Positions 50,431-62,396 of a stretch of DNA of 64,000 bases are shown here, piece after piece (position 1 is the first letter of the stretch; the number at the start of each line of letters is the position of its first letter). Origin of the DNA: Lytechinus pictus (taxonomy: Eukaryota); NCBI RefSeq assembly GCF_037042905.1, contig NC_087251.1, positions 12,464,001 to 12,528,000 on the forward strand, read 5' to 3'. The notes beneath the pieces are model-generated. The model searched no databases. It was not told where the DNA came from and was given only the letters and a program-made list of their open reading frames with translations. A program made the position numbers and the translations under genes.

Positions 50431-50566
50431 AGCCCTATTCTACGGTGGAATGCGAGAGTCCGATCCTGAATGTTGTGAGATTGAGCTCCAAGACACTACA
50501 TCACAGGCCTTTGAGGCGCTCCTTAAATACATCTACACAGGCTGTCTCAATCTACTAGACCTCAAG
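50431..50566 (+). CDS. BTBD9: BTBD9 coding exon 3
   Basis: ctacag| A ALFYGGMRESDPECCEIELQDTTSQAFEALLKYIYTGCLNLLDLK |gtaaga. Confidence 0.96.
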
Positions 50567-51369
50567 GTAAGAAGGCGATCATTTACACCCTACATGTAGA
50601 ATCATAGTTTACAAAGACGTTTTATAGTACAAAGCACAATATTGAATAAAAAAATTGTTGCCAGTCATAAAAATAGTTCAGCTAAAGTACAATGGGTGTC
50701 TGGAAGCTGCTATACCTCAAGGTAAAAATAATCCAAGGAAGAATATTAAGGGTTGGGTTCAGAGCACATATTCCACCTTAAATCATTTTTTACAAAGATG
50801 TTTAGTCTAAAACTCAGTTACAGTCATGCAAACAAACAGTTAAAAACATGTGTCTTCAAAGTTCAATGTGATAATGCAGAACTATTGGTTACTGAAAATA
50901 GATAACAGAGTACATTACAGAGATCGCAATCATGATTTTATGATATAATTATATTGTACTACTTTTGGTCCAGGTATGCATTGTATTATGTACTCCAGGT
51001 TACTGCCATGGTCTTGATATGAGGGAGAAAGCGCATTGATGAAAAATTGCTTGAATTCTCTCCTTCATTGTCATTGGCCATGTTTTTTGTGTTCCTATTG
51101 ATATCTGATTTACATTGTGATTCTAGCTTAGAAAAATTGCAGGAATGTACCCCCAAGCTCCTTTGGATCAGAGTCATCCAGGATATGTTGTTTTGTAGAT
51201 TCATTTTCATTTCTATATTCGTAAATGTGGTGACTTGCAAAAATGACAATTGTATAACATGTAGGTTTGCTATTAATCCTTTGCTCACCCGAACTAGTTG
51301 ATCCCTGTACAAAATATATAGGTATTACATATTTCTATTGCAAACAGGCTAATTATATCTCTGTGTTTT

Positions 51370-52632
51370 TGTCTCACCTGCATAGCAGAGTGAGACTATA
51401 GGCGCCGCTTTTCCCGCGACGGTGGCGGCGGCGGCGGTCAACACCAAATCTTAACCGAGGGTTAAGTTTTTGAAATGACAGCATAACTTAGAAAGTACAT
51501 GTATATGGACCTAGTTCATGAAACTTGGCCATAAGGTTAATCAAGTATTACTGAAGATCCTGCCTGAGTTTCAGGTCACATGACCAAGGTCAAAGGTCAT
51601 TTAGGGTCAATGAACTTAGACCATGTTGGGGGAATCAACATCAAAATCTTAACCTAAGGTTAAGTATTTGAAATGTCATCATAACTTAGAAAATATATGG
51701 ACCTAGTTCATTAAACTTGGATATAAGGTTGATCTGTTGGGGTATCTGTTGAATTACCATCATAACTTAAAAAGTTTATGGATCTGTTTCATGAAACTTG
51801 GACATAAGAGTAATCAAGTATCACTGAACATCCTGTGCAAGTTCCAGGTTCATGATCAAGGTCAAAGGTCATTTAGGGTCAATAATCTTTGGCCAAATTG
51901 GGGGTATTTGTTGAAATACCATCATAACTTTGAATGTTTATTGGTCTAGTTCATAAAACTTGGACATAAGAGTAATCAAGTATCACTGAACACCCTGTGT
52001 GAATTTCAGGTCACATGACCAATGTTAAAGGTCAATAAACTTTGGCTATGTAGGGGGGTATCTGTTGAATTACCATCATAACTTTGAGAGTTTATGGATC
52101 TGATTTATGAAACTTCGACATAACAGTAATCAAATATCTTTGAAGATCCCGTCTAAGTTTCAGGTCACATGACCAAGGTCAAAGGTCATTAAAGGTCAAT
52201 GAACTTTGGCCATGTTGGGGGTATTTGTTGAATTACCATCATAACTCCGTAAGTATATTGGTCTAGTTCATAAAACTTGGACATAAGAGTCATCAAGTAT
52301 AACTGAACATCTCATGCTAGTTTCAGGTCACATGACCAAAGTGAAAGGTCATTTAAGGTCATTGAACTTTGGGGCCATTTTAGTGGTAATTTTTTTCTTG
52401 CTGTCATAACTTTCAAAGTTTATAGTGTATAAAATGTGGATAGAAGGGTAATCAAGTATCACTGACAAGTTTTAGGTCACATGATCAAGGTCAAATGTCA
52501 ATGAACGTAGTATTGTATCATGTGAATGGTGTTTTTTGTGAATAATTATTTTAAAGTAGTTTTCAAAGTCAGCACTGCTGCTATATTGAATCACGTGATG
52601 CAGGTGAGACTGCCAGAGGCATTCCACTTGTT
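51370..52632 (+). mobile_element. Helentron-associated (HINE) element with ~160-bp tandem units
   Basis: 5' subTIR GTCTCACCTGCA with nearby GTGAGAC; 3' subTIR TGCAGGTGAGAC; GGC microsatellite; T-rich ends; atcaa(g/a)tat recurs at ~51540, 51813, 51975, 52129, 52292 and 52451. Confidence 0.75.
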
Positions 52633-53642
52633 GGAGGTATGTTTGCATACAGATGGGGTAGCTTGAAAGAACTTCAGGATTTTTTTTTTTTTTTCATTTT
52701 GTTACTGAATGAGTTTATGTTGGATTTTCTATGTGTAGGCCTATAGTTTGCAGGCAGAAAATATATCTTTACTCTTTTCCCTTTCTCCTGCATGTACATG
52801 TAGAGTAGAATAGTACTTAGATAATACATTTTCTGTTGTAATGATTAGACAGTGGACACTTTTTAAACAGATATGGATCAAATCATCATTTGGTGTAGAT
52901 TGAATAATAGCCACCCCACCCCCACTACTGTTTAGAATTGAAAATATTCCAATGATCTCTACACCAAAGAAGATTGAAATGAAAATGATATGAGAGTACA
53001 TGTAGATCTCAACCTCACTTCCCAGCTGCTGAGAGCTACATATAATACACGTTATACACATCAATGTTTGAAACCCCCTCCTATCATCATATATGTTTGG
53101 TCATTTGAGTCCCAGCAGGCTGCTCTATACTGTACATGTAGGTGTGCTATTTAAGTCCTGGGAGGAACTATCCCCTTCCAAACTGCAAGGGATGCCATGC
53201 ACATGCCAGTCACTGACATCTCATTCATCAATGACCTGTTCACACACAATATGTTTATCAAACATTTGCATTAAAAATCAATATATCCTGTAGGAATATA
53301 TTTCATGTATCAAAGGGATTGTGCAGATAGTCCATTCTTACAACGTTCGCAGCAGACTGTGGGAGTGTTCTCAGTGACTTAAGAGTTTCACAAGAAAGAG
53401 CATGGGTGAATATACTGTACAGCAGGGCAAAACCTTTGGTGCAGCATCATGACTCCTGGATGACTTTACTGTGAAATGGCATCATGCATAATGCCTCAGG
53501 GGTGAAATCCCATGTTGTGCATTATTACATGTAGATAAAAATTATTTTATTGTAATCACACACAAAACCCCAAATTTACACCACTTATTTTTCTTTCTTT
53601 CTGTTTTTATATCTCCATAATTTTGTGTGGTCATCCACTCCT

Positions 53643-53856
53643 GGGGGTGTTTCATAAAGATTTAAGTATGACTTAGTGTTGCTCCTAAATGTCTATAGTA
53701 ATTGAAAGGCATCACCACATTGGTCACATCATGCCAAGAGGATGCGCACTACTGCATATTGATCAACAAGTTTGCGCGTTGCATATCATGTACGCGTCGG
53801 CATTTACATTGTAAGTGCGACTCTGAGTCATACTTAAATCTTTGTGAAACACCCCC
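53643..53856. mobile_element. Short palindromic Harbinger-like MITE
   Basis: gggggtgtttcataaagatttaagtatgact ... agtcatacttaaatctttgtgaaacaccccc. Confidence 0.65.
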
Positions 53857-55469
53857 AAATAAGCCAGCCAAGAAAATCTACACAGAAGCTCGTATTTTTG
53901 CATTTTTGATATTCAGTAATGTAATAATACATGTAGCATGTTCACTGTCTTGCCATCTGCAGTATCCCCTGCCAATACTACTCAGCAGCATTCCATCACT
54001 GAACCGAGGCAGATTGGGTGGCTGAGTTCTCCCGCAAGCACGAGTGTTCTTATTATAGCATCATATCACATGTAAACATCGGTTAAGGACTAAGGAGTCC
54101 ATATTGTAGCCTCCCTCTTACATGTACACTCGTGTTTGTGTTTGAGCTATTTGTGGTAATTTGGATTAATGGTCTCTTCCTCAAAGGCATCAGTGGCATG
54201 GCTAGGGATATTTAATCTTGAATAGAATTATCATGTATTGGTGATTTATTCACAAATATGCCTGCTAATAAAAATATGAACATGTTGATAGATCAAATCA
54301 CATGATAGATTCCGTAATGCAATTCAATTATTTTTGTTTTGCATTGTGGAATGAAAAGGGAAGTTCACCCTGACAATAAGTCAGTTTAATAGAATCATGA
54401 AAATGAGAGAAAAATATTGGTGATGGTTTGATGAAATAAAGGACAAGAGAGTTCTGATTTCTGAATATCATGTCATTTTTAATGGAGTATAATAAATGCA
54501 AATATTTGTGTTATGAGTATGACATGAATGATTTGTCCAATGATATATCCATGACACAAATAAAATCACTTTCAATTTTTGAGAAAATTTGATTTTTGGA
54601 ATTGTTGAGGAGCTGCTTGTCTAGGATGTCACAGAATCTAAACTTTAAATTTGTACAATTCATGTACTGTACATCCATTGTTCTTTGACAGATTTTCATC
54701 AAGCATTCACTAATATATTTCTCTTAATTTTCTGCCTTTATCAAAACCAACTTATTAGAGTGTACTTCCCCTTTAAATCAAGATTAACTTGAACGTGTAC
54801 ATTATTACAACTTCAAAGGATTCAATCTACAGCTTGCTCTCTACAACAAAATTTAAATACAATATTTTATATTGAAATCCAAAAGAAACAGTATGTTAAA
54901 TTTTTAGCTCACATATTTGCTTATCATTTGTGTTGTGAATGATAACTTTTTTTTTACATTCAATTTTGGATGAATTTTTCAATACCATACTTTTTTGTCA
55001 TATTTTATTTATGTCAACTTGTTTTGGAGTGGATTTTTCCTTACATTTGTTATGATTTGCTTTTGGGGGAGGGGCAACCAAATTTCAATATTGGGACAGA
55101 AAAAAAGCAATATGATCTGATGGCTTTGCCTTCACCATACATTAGGGGAGGTCGGGGTTAGTTGAAACATTGTAATTTTCTTTAACGCCTTCAAATTTTA
55201 AAATTTATGCAATACTGCCCTCAATTTATTGCTATTATCAACAGCCATCCACCATATTACAGACAACACATGTGCAACAAGCCTGGTGAAGTTAGAAAGG
55301 AATTTTTGTTTTTTCACCTTCTGAGTAATTTTTTTCTCTTTCAGAAATCGTTTATTATCTCAGAGAAGTTTATAGATCAAGTTGGCCTGTTTGGGGGTAT
55401 AATGGACACCTGTACCAAGCTACAAAATAAGGTTATTAGTATGCCATGGCTGTAAGCTTATAAATGTCA

Positions 55470-58450
55470 AATGGACCTCTGGGGTTAGTTGGAACAAAAT
55501 TGAAGGGGCTAGTTGGAACATGTTCCAACTTACCCCCAAACATAATTATGAATACAAATTTATACAGTATTTCACACTCTTCTAAACTTGTATTGTATAC
55601 CATGCTTGTTTTGTTTCTCAGTTACATGTAGGTCTGAGTGTGCATTTAAGGCCTATTGTAGGCCCCTAATGCAAACTTATCCCTTATCAAACTGGAGGGG
55701 GGTCAATTTTACCCCCCCCCTCGACAAATTTCATCACTACGCCGTCGCGCGAAATTTGTTGACCGCACCACTTGCTGGATTTTTACTTTCAAGTCTTGCA
55801 CATCATTTAAGACCAAATTTGTAATGCCTGGGTGTGCGGTTTCGAAATTACGCAACATTTTGTACGTACATGTACATGTTGGACCCAAAATTGCTCAAAA
55901 ACAGGATTCCACGTACAAGGTCAATGCAAATTGTGTTTTTCAACCAAAAATCATAAATGATTATTTTTACTTTTGTTGGTTCAAATGGATTTAATTTATG
56001 CTATTTATGATCGCAAAAGAGGCCCTGACAAAGTTCATCGGAAAAAACAATAAAAAACAAAGGTTCGAAAAAATAAGAAATACAAATTTAAAAAACAAAA
56101 AATACATAAGAAATTTTTTTGATATTTTTTTGATATTTTTTATAAAGGTAAAATTTGATATTCTCACCAAAAATTTGCATTCTACTAGCTTAATAGAGTT
56201 AAAGGCAAAAACATACCAAAAAAATTAGGGAAAATTTCATATGCTTATTTGCATAATTAATTAATTAAAAAATATAAACAATTAATTTTTGTCATGTAAA
56301 TTTGATGCAGAAGTACATGAAATTGCTGATAGTACACTTAATTGCATGAAAAATTAAACGCACACAAATAAGCGGAATTCTACTACACAGACAGCTTGCG
56401 TGAGTGGCTGTATAATAGAAAACATAAAGTTCAACAAATCCACTTTTGATATTTTGAACTTGAAAAAAATAAAGCAAATCGGCTAAAACCATGTAATTAG
56501 TTTTTACATGTTTTTACATGTAGTATAAATCTTAATTGACCATTCAGTGTTCCAACTTACCCCATACCACGTTCCAACTTACCCCGTACGTGTATATGGC
56601 ATAGGCGGATCCATGGGGGCCCCCCTTATTGGTGGAGCAAAAAAAGGAAAGAAAGAAAGAAAAAAGAAAGGAAAAGAAAAGAGAAAAAAGAAGAGGAGGA
56701 AGACGAGTGAATAAAATGAGAGGAAGACATGGAAGAAAAAAAAAAATTTCATGTCACTATATAAAATTTTTGCTCGCGCTTCGCGCTCGCATTGCCTATT
56801 AAGTGATTCACATATCTTGTTCAACATGGAGCTTAAATATCAAGTTTGGAAGTCAATATACAAAACATAGTTTTCCTCGGAAATTGAACTATCATTATTT
56901 TGTGTGATTTACAAATTGATTTTTAAAAATGTCAGTTTTATGGTCTAAATATTAACATTTTCTGCTCGCGCTGCGCACTCTCATTAATGGTTAAAAATAT
57001 ATCAACTGATTACTGATGCATCCTATTCATAATAATAAAAGTGCTTGAAATGTACAGTGTTCGGGCCATAATATCATCAGATTCCGCGCCCTCATTATGC
57101 ATTAATAAATAAGATATCAATTTAGTAATTAAATTGTCCCGTTTGTTTAATCTCACGCTAAGCAAGAGGAATAGGAAGATAGTCATCATATTCATATGAT
57201 AACATGTCCTAAGGATGTCCCGGTCCTATGTCTCAAAGAAATGATAATATTATATCCACCTTACAATTTTCCTACAGAGTGTTTGAAATATAAAGCTAAA
57301 AATGACCCCCTTTTCAGATCGGAATATCAAATATTTTAAGTTCGCACTTCGCGCTCGCTTTTATTTTCATGATAAAAGATATATTTAGAATGCCTAGATT
57401 CTAGGTCTAAATCTGAAACACGCGCGCGCATGTTCATTCAGTTATCCAGTTTCAGATAACAATATCAAAAATTTTCTGCTCGCCCTTTGTACTCAAATTA
57501 TTAATGTAGGAAGATTCCCTCTTTCTCATCCTTTTCATGATTTACAAAACATGAATAGAGTGTCCCGTTCTAGGTCTAATTCTCGAACTTTTCCGCTCGC
57601 GATTCGCGCTCGCATCAATTGTTTAGTTATATAGCTATCCTGTTCACGATTACAAAAATTGATTAAAAATTTCCATTCTTTATGTAGAAATGTCAAAATT
57701 TTTCAGCTCGCGCTTCGCGCTCGCATTTGATTGTTGAAATATGTAACATTTTCATGGCTAACTGCAAGCAGTCATTAACAGGTAGGTCTAACAGGTTGTC
57801 CTTTTCAGGACCAACATATGCCCAAGAAAGAATACATGGTGTACCGTGAAACCTACTACACTAGGTCTACCTTTTCGATCAGTTCAAAACGTGTATCAAA
57901 AATTTCTGCTCGCGCTTTGCGTTCGTAGTTATTATTTAGTTGCAGGCACATCTTTTTCAGGATAAAAACTTTGCCCAGAATGTTCAAATTATAGGAAAAA
58001 ATACATACAATTTCAAAAAAAAAATTGCTCGCGCTTCGCACTCGCATTACAAAATAAGGATTATGATATTATATATTTATGTTGATTTATAGAATAAAGC
58101 TAAGAAGTGACTCATAGGACTACCCCCTTCAAAGAAAGAAACAAAAAAATCATCTTCGAGCGGCCGATCGAGGAAAATATGGCTGAAAAAAAATTCCGGG
58201 CCCCCCCTATTGGCAAAGGCTGGATCCGCCCCTGTATGGGGTAAGTTGGAACGCTTGCGATGGTCTTGTTCAAGGTGGATTTTTTCAGTAACCATCATAA
58301 AGTTAGAAATTTTATGGGGTACATTTGAAACCCTTACGTTGTAGATATATGCTTCAAGCTGATATATTGATTGTTTCTCAAATAAAATCTATTTGGATTT
58401 TACAGCCATTTTTGTCTAAAAAATTTTCCAACTAACCCCGATCTCCCCTA
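55470..58450. mobile_element. Nested MITE cluster (gttggaac-repeat host, piggyBac-like insert ~55681-56530, GCGCTTCGCGC-array element ~56600-58233)
   Basis: Host subrepeats ggggttagttggaac/ttccaactaacccc; ~55690-55960 is homologous (inverted) to ~62640-62900, which ends ggg|ttaa; aggcggatcc ... ggatccgcccctg TIR. Confidence 0.55.
57798..57863 (+). mobile_element. 66-bp solo 3' tip of the same PLE
   Basis: gtccttttcaggaccaacatatgcccaagaaagaatacatggtgtaccgtgaaacctactacacta is identical to 23582-23647. It is flanked by TAGGTCTA at 57783-57790 and 57862-57869. Confidence 0.9.
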
Positions 58451-60396
58451 AGACTGAACAATGTATTATATTTTGCTTATGTGTTAACTCCAAGTAGCTT
58501 GTTTAGAATATACAAAATTATTAGATGGATTGAAAGATTTATGGGTCCTTGCGATAATTCATGCACACTATACATCATGTGAAGCATATTAAGTACACTT
58601 CAGCTGGTTTTTGTGCAAAAAACATGTGTACTGCAAATTACAGTGATCAGTTTCTATGCTGGTTGAATAAGATAACAAATGCGGGAAGTTGCCCAATGAA
58701 TCGCATTGATTTTTTTCAGCTGAATCTTTTCTATCCCTTTGTTTATTAACCTTGCTTATAATTTTATCTGGCAGTTATGATATCTATGAAAAGTTTTCTT
58801 AAGGTTTAAATAGCAATGTACATTTGTTTGCTAAACATGTGAAAGAATTTGGTCATAAAATATGGTTTGTTTTCAATTATTAGTACATGTATGCATGCAC
58901 TATTCTTATTTCAGTTGCTTTCTATTATTTTATTGACCCTGCTAAAAATTGATGATGTCATTATGTTTACTCAACAAGATTTCTACAATTTAGATAATAA
59001 TAATTATAAAAAGATTGTTACTTTCACAGTGCTTGTATCTGCTTTCAATTAAAGGCAAGCCAAGCATTATCAAAAAGACTAAAAACTAACTTAAAACTTG
59101 AGTCCAGTGAAAATTTCCAAACAATACAATAAAAAAAACATGTAGATACATTCATTGATAAAAGCCAGATGAAAAGAAAATTGTAACGTGGCAGAATGCC
59201 ATGGTGAATTTGTTGTACATGCATGTTGATAATCAATACTTATTTGCTTTGAATTTGTCTTTAATTGTGAATCTCATTTCTCTTCTAAATGTGTTGAAAA
59301 TTAAAATACAGTATGTTTCTATAAAACAATTCTTAGAATCAGGTTTTATGATTTGTAAATATGGGCAAATCACGAAGGATACATACAAATCCTGATTTAC
59401 TTTTTGAGAACTTTATTTTCTGGGGGAGCAATACACCATGCATCTGTCAGTGATTTTTTCTGGATTTTTCTCAAAGTCAGTCAATTGTAAGGAATTTAGT
59501 AGCTTACAGTAGAACTGTTGTCTGTGAAAATCATGTCACACAAATCACTTCTTGAAAGTTGAAACTCTCCCCCTGAAGGAATTGAAGGAATGACTTGTGT
59601 CTATTAATGTTGCTTCAAGACTTCCTGGTATTACAAAGACATACAGATATCCAGGGTAACTTTGTGGCTTTAATCCTTCAAGAATTGATCTGTCAAAGAT
59701 CACGTGATAATATCATACATTGTGCCCTCAATAGTTTAATGTCATCGCCCAATACTACATTTGCCCCCCCCCCCCCTCCTCCTTGAAATTCCTGGAGCCA
59801 GACTGACAATATGTAAAGATTTCAAGCTTTGAAAAAATGCCCTTTAAAGATAACTTTGTCTTTATTTTCTTTTTCTATCAAAAGTTTATATCATACTGCA
59901 GAGACAAAACTCCACTTCCAACTAACAAAATGTGAAGTCTTTGCTCAATTGTTGTTATGATACCCCAAGGAAAACCCAACTGAGATGTAAATTGTATACA
60001 TCATCAAAAAAAGCATAACAAACAATAAATAAGAGAAAGGTAGAAAGAGAGAATACAAATGCACGAAAAAAGAATAAACAAAAGTTTAATGAAATAAGAT
60101 ATTGGTTTATATTGTGGGTGCAGAATCTATAGGCCTATCCTCCTGAGGGGTAGGGTCTGTTTGTAAACATTCCGTTCTTGAAGTAAGGGTTAATGAAAGC
60201 TCATAACACCCAGTATTTTTTCCCAGTGACTTCCTGTTGAAATGCAAGGTTATTAATAGCCTTGGAAAGCAAGGGTGGGTAGTATCAGATATCTTGTAAT
60301 AATATTACATGTATTTGTAAGGAATGAATATCAGATCCCAATGAAGATTAGTTGTCAATATTTTTACAAGTTGTATCTCTCTTCACATGATACTTG

Positions 60397-61180
60397 GACC
60401 CCTGTTACATCTGAAAGTTTCCTACCCGAGACCCGACCGAGTCCACTTGCAACCTTGATTGGAATATTGGTGGATTAGCTTCGCGAACGGACCGAGTCCG
60501 AAATGTAGTCTGTTTTACATCACAGCGTTCATTTCCTCCCCTATCGATACGGTTTCGAGCGGTATCCAATTGTTGACACCAAAGGGCGCTCTCGATCTAG
60601 GCTCTGAATAATTTGCGCGCGCTAATTGAAGTTGTTTACATTTCGTTACACTCGTCGGCTGCTACACAGAAATGACAGGGTGGGACATGTGCCGATCATT
60701 TCCAGAGAGAGTCGAAACGACTCTTTACCTTTACCTTTACCTTTACCCGAGATTCTGGAAGAATGCTGATGATCCCAGCAGTTGTTAAAGATATGATCGA
60801 TTTGAAAAGGATACGTTAAAAATGCTTCCTTCTTTCCACTCAAATCAAAGACTTTATCAATCGCAATTCACATGTCGCATGCTGCAAAACATTCAAAGAA
60901 CGACGGGGCTGGGGAGGGGATAGCGCGCACTATGACGTAATTTGACTGCTGGCGAACGGACCGAGATAGGTTCAAAAGCTTGTGTGCATTTACATCTACG
61001 AATCGGTGGACCAGGGCCGGCCCGATACCTACCCGAGACTACCTCTGGATGTGGTCTCAGGTAGGTTCGCTAAAAGGTGGCCCGGGGTAGGTTTGGGATG
61101 TTTTCATCTGATTTCTTTCCGACCCGAGGTAGGCCCCGGGCCAGCCCGAGGTAGGGAATCTCTCAGATGTAACAGGGGTC
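60397..61180. mobile_element. PIF/Harbinger-like MITE with 3-bp TSD
   Basis: TTG|GACCCCTGTTACATCTGA ... TCAGATGTAACAGGGGTC|TTG. Confidence 0.7.
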
Positions 61181-61479
61181 TTGGAGAGAGACTTTTTTAA
61201 AGCTCAAGTTTCATTGCTATTAAAGTTGAAGTAATGATCTTGGGAACAAATGATTTGCTGAAGTTTGCTCTGGTTTCCAGCCAGCTCTTGTTGTATACAT
61301 GTAGTTTTTCATCATAAATATGGCTGGTAGAATGTAAAGCTGGTCACAAAAGTTTTGGACCATATGCCCCTTTCTTCATAGCCTTTATTAAGGTCTTTGG
61401 CTGTTTAATTAGATTAGTTTAATTAGCTTAAACAGAATATGATAAATGATAAAAATCCAATCACCCTGTATTTACCCCT

Positions 61480-61859
61480 AAACATAGTCATAGACAACCT
61501 TCTAGTATTACCATAATGTACTAGTACATGTAGGCCCGGTGTTCAGTGAGCTTGAGGCTTCCATCTATGATTACCTCTGAGCCATCCTCAATATCCGCAA
61601 TGTTTGCCTGATAATGTGGCCAATCTCTTAAGTTTGCCAAAAAGAGATGACACCAATATTTTCTTTTCCCCTTATACAGGAGGACAACCTTCTAGACAAG
61701 ACATCTTACTTCTTAGGCCTGGCCAATAAGTATGGCTTCAGTGAGCTTAAGGCCTCCATCTCAGATTACCTCCTTGCCATCCTCAGTATCCACATTGTAT
61801 ACCTGATCTGTGATGTGGCAATTCTCAGTACCCTCTGGTCCCCCCAAAGAGAAAATTGA
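61480..61859 (+). pseudogene. Two tandem partial duplicates of the BTBD9 exon 4 acceptor plus 5' exon part
   Basis: ~200-bp units. Copy 61680-61859 has a cttatacag| acceptor and reads EDNLLDKTSYFLGLANKYGFSELKASISDYLLAILSIHIVYLICDVA..., with a stop at 61857-61859. Copy ~61490-61630 is more degenerate. Confidence 0.85.
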
Positions 61860-61883
61860 CCATTGTCTTTTTCCTCTACACAG

Positions 61884-62114
61884 GAGGACAACCTTCTAGA
61901 TATCTTAGGCCTGGCCCACCAATATGGCTTCAGTGAGCTTGAAGCTTCCATCTCAGATTACCTCCGTGCCATCCTCAGTATCCACAATGTGTGCCTGATC
62001 TATGATGTGGCCAGTCTCTACACCCTTGGTTCTCTGAAGGAGACATGCTATCAGTTCATGGATCGCTATGCCACAGAGGTCATGAACAGTGAGACCTTCC
62101 TCACTCTGTCTAAG
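61884..62114 (+). CDS. BTBD9: BTBD9 coding exon 4 (BTB end / BACK domain)
   Basis: cacag| EDNLLDILGLAHQYGFSELEASISDYLRAILSIHNVCLIYDVASLYTLGSLKETCYQFMDRYATEVMNSETFLTLSK |gtaagc. Confidence 0.96.
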
Positions 62115-62187
62115 GTAAGCCATAAGTAATTTTAATACATCCATTTTTATAGTTACTATGTGCATATACTCAACTGCGCTTTGACAC

Positions 62188-62396
62188 TTGATATCATATT
62201 AATTCTTCAGCCATAGCTGAGCCGCCATATTGGCGCTAAAGCGTCAAGGGTACCCATTCACCTCACCTGGGTTGAGTGCAGCACAATTTTTTGATATCAT
62301 ATTAATTCTTCAGCCATAGCTGAGCCGCCATATTGGCGCTAAAGCGTCAAGGGTACCCATTCACCTCACCTGGGTTGAGTGCAGCACAATTTTTTG
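62188..62396. repeat. Perfect 103-bp tandem duplication of a SINE fragment
   Basis: ttgatatcatattaattc...gcacaatttt starts at 62188 and again at 62291. Confidence 0.85.

Noticed and set aside
61647..61859. Separate small BTB/BACK gene
   Set aside because: It is a partial tandem duplicate of BTBD9 exon 4 with no downstream donor and an early stop.
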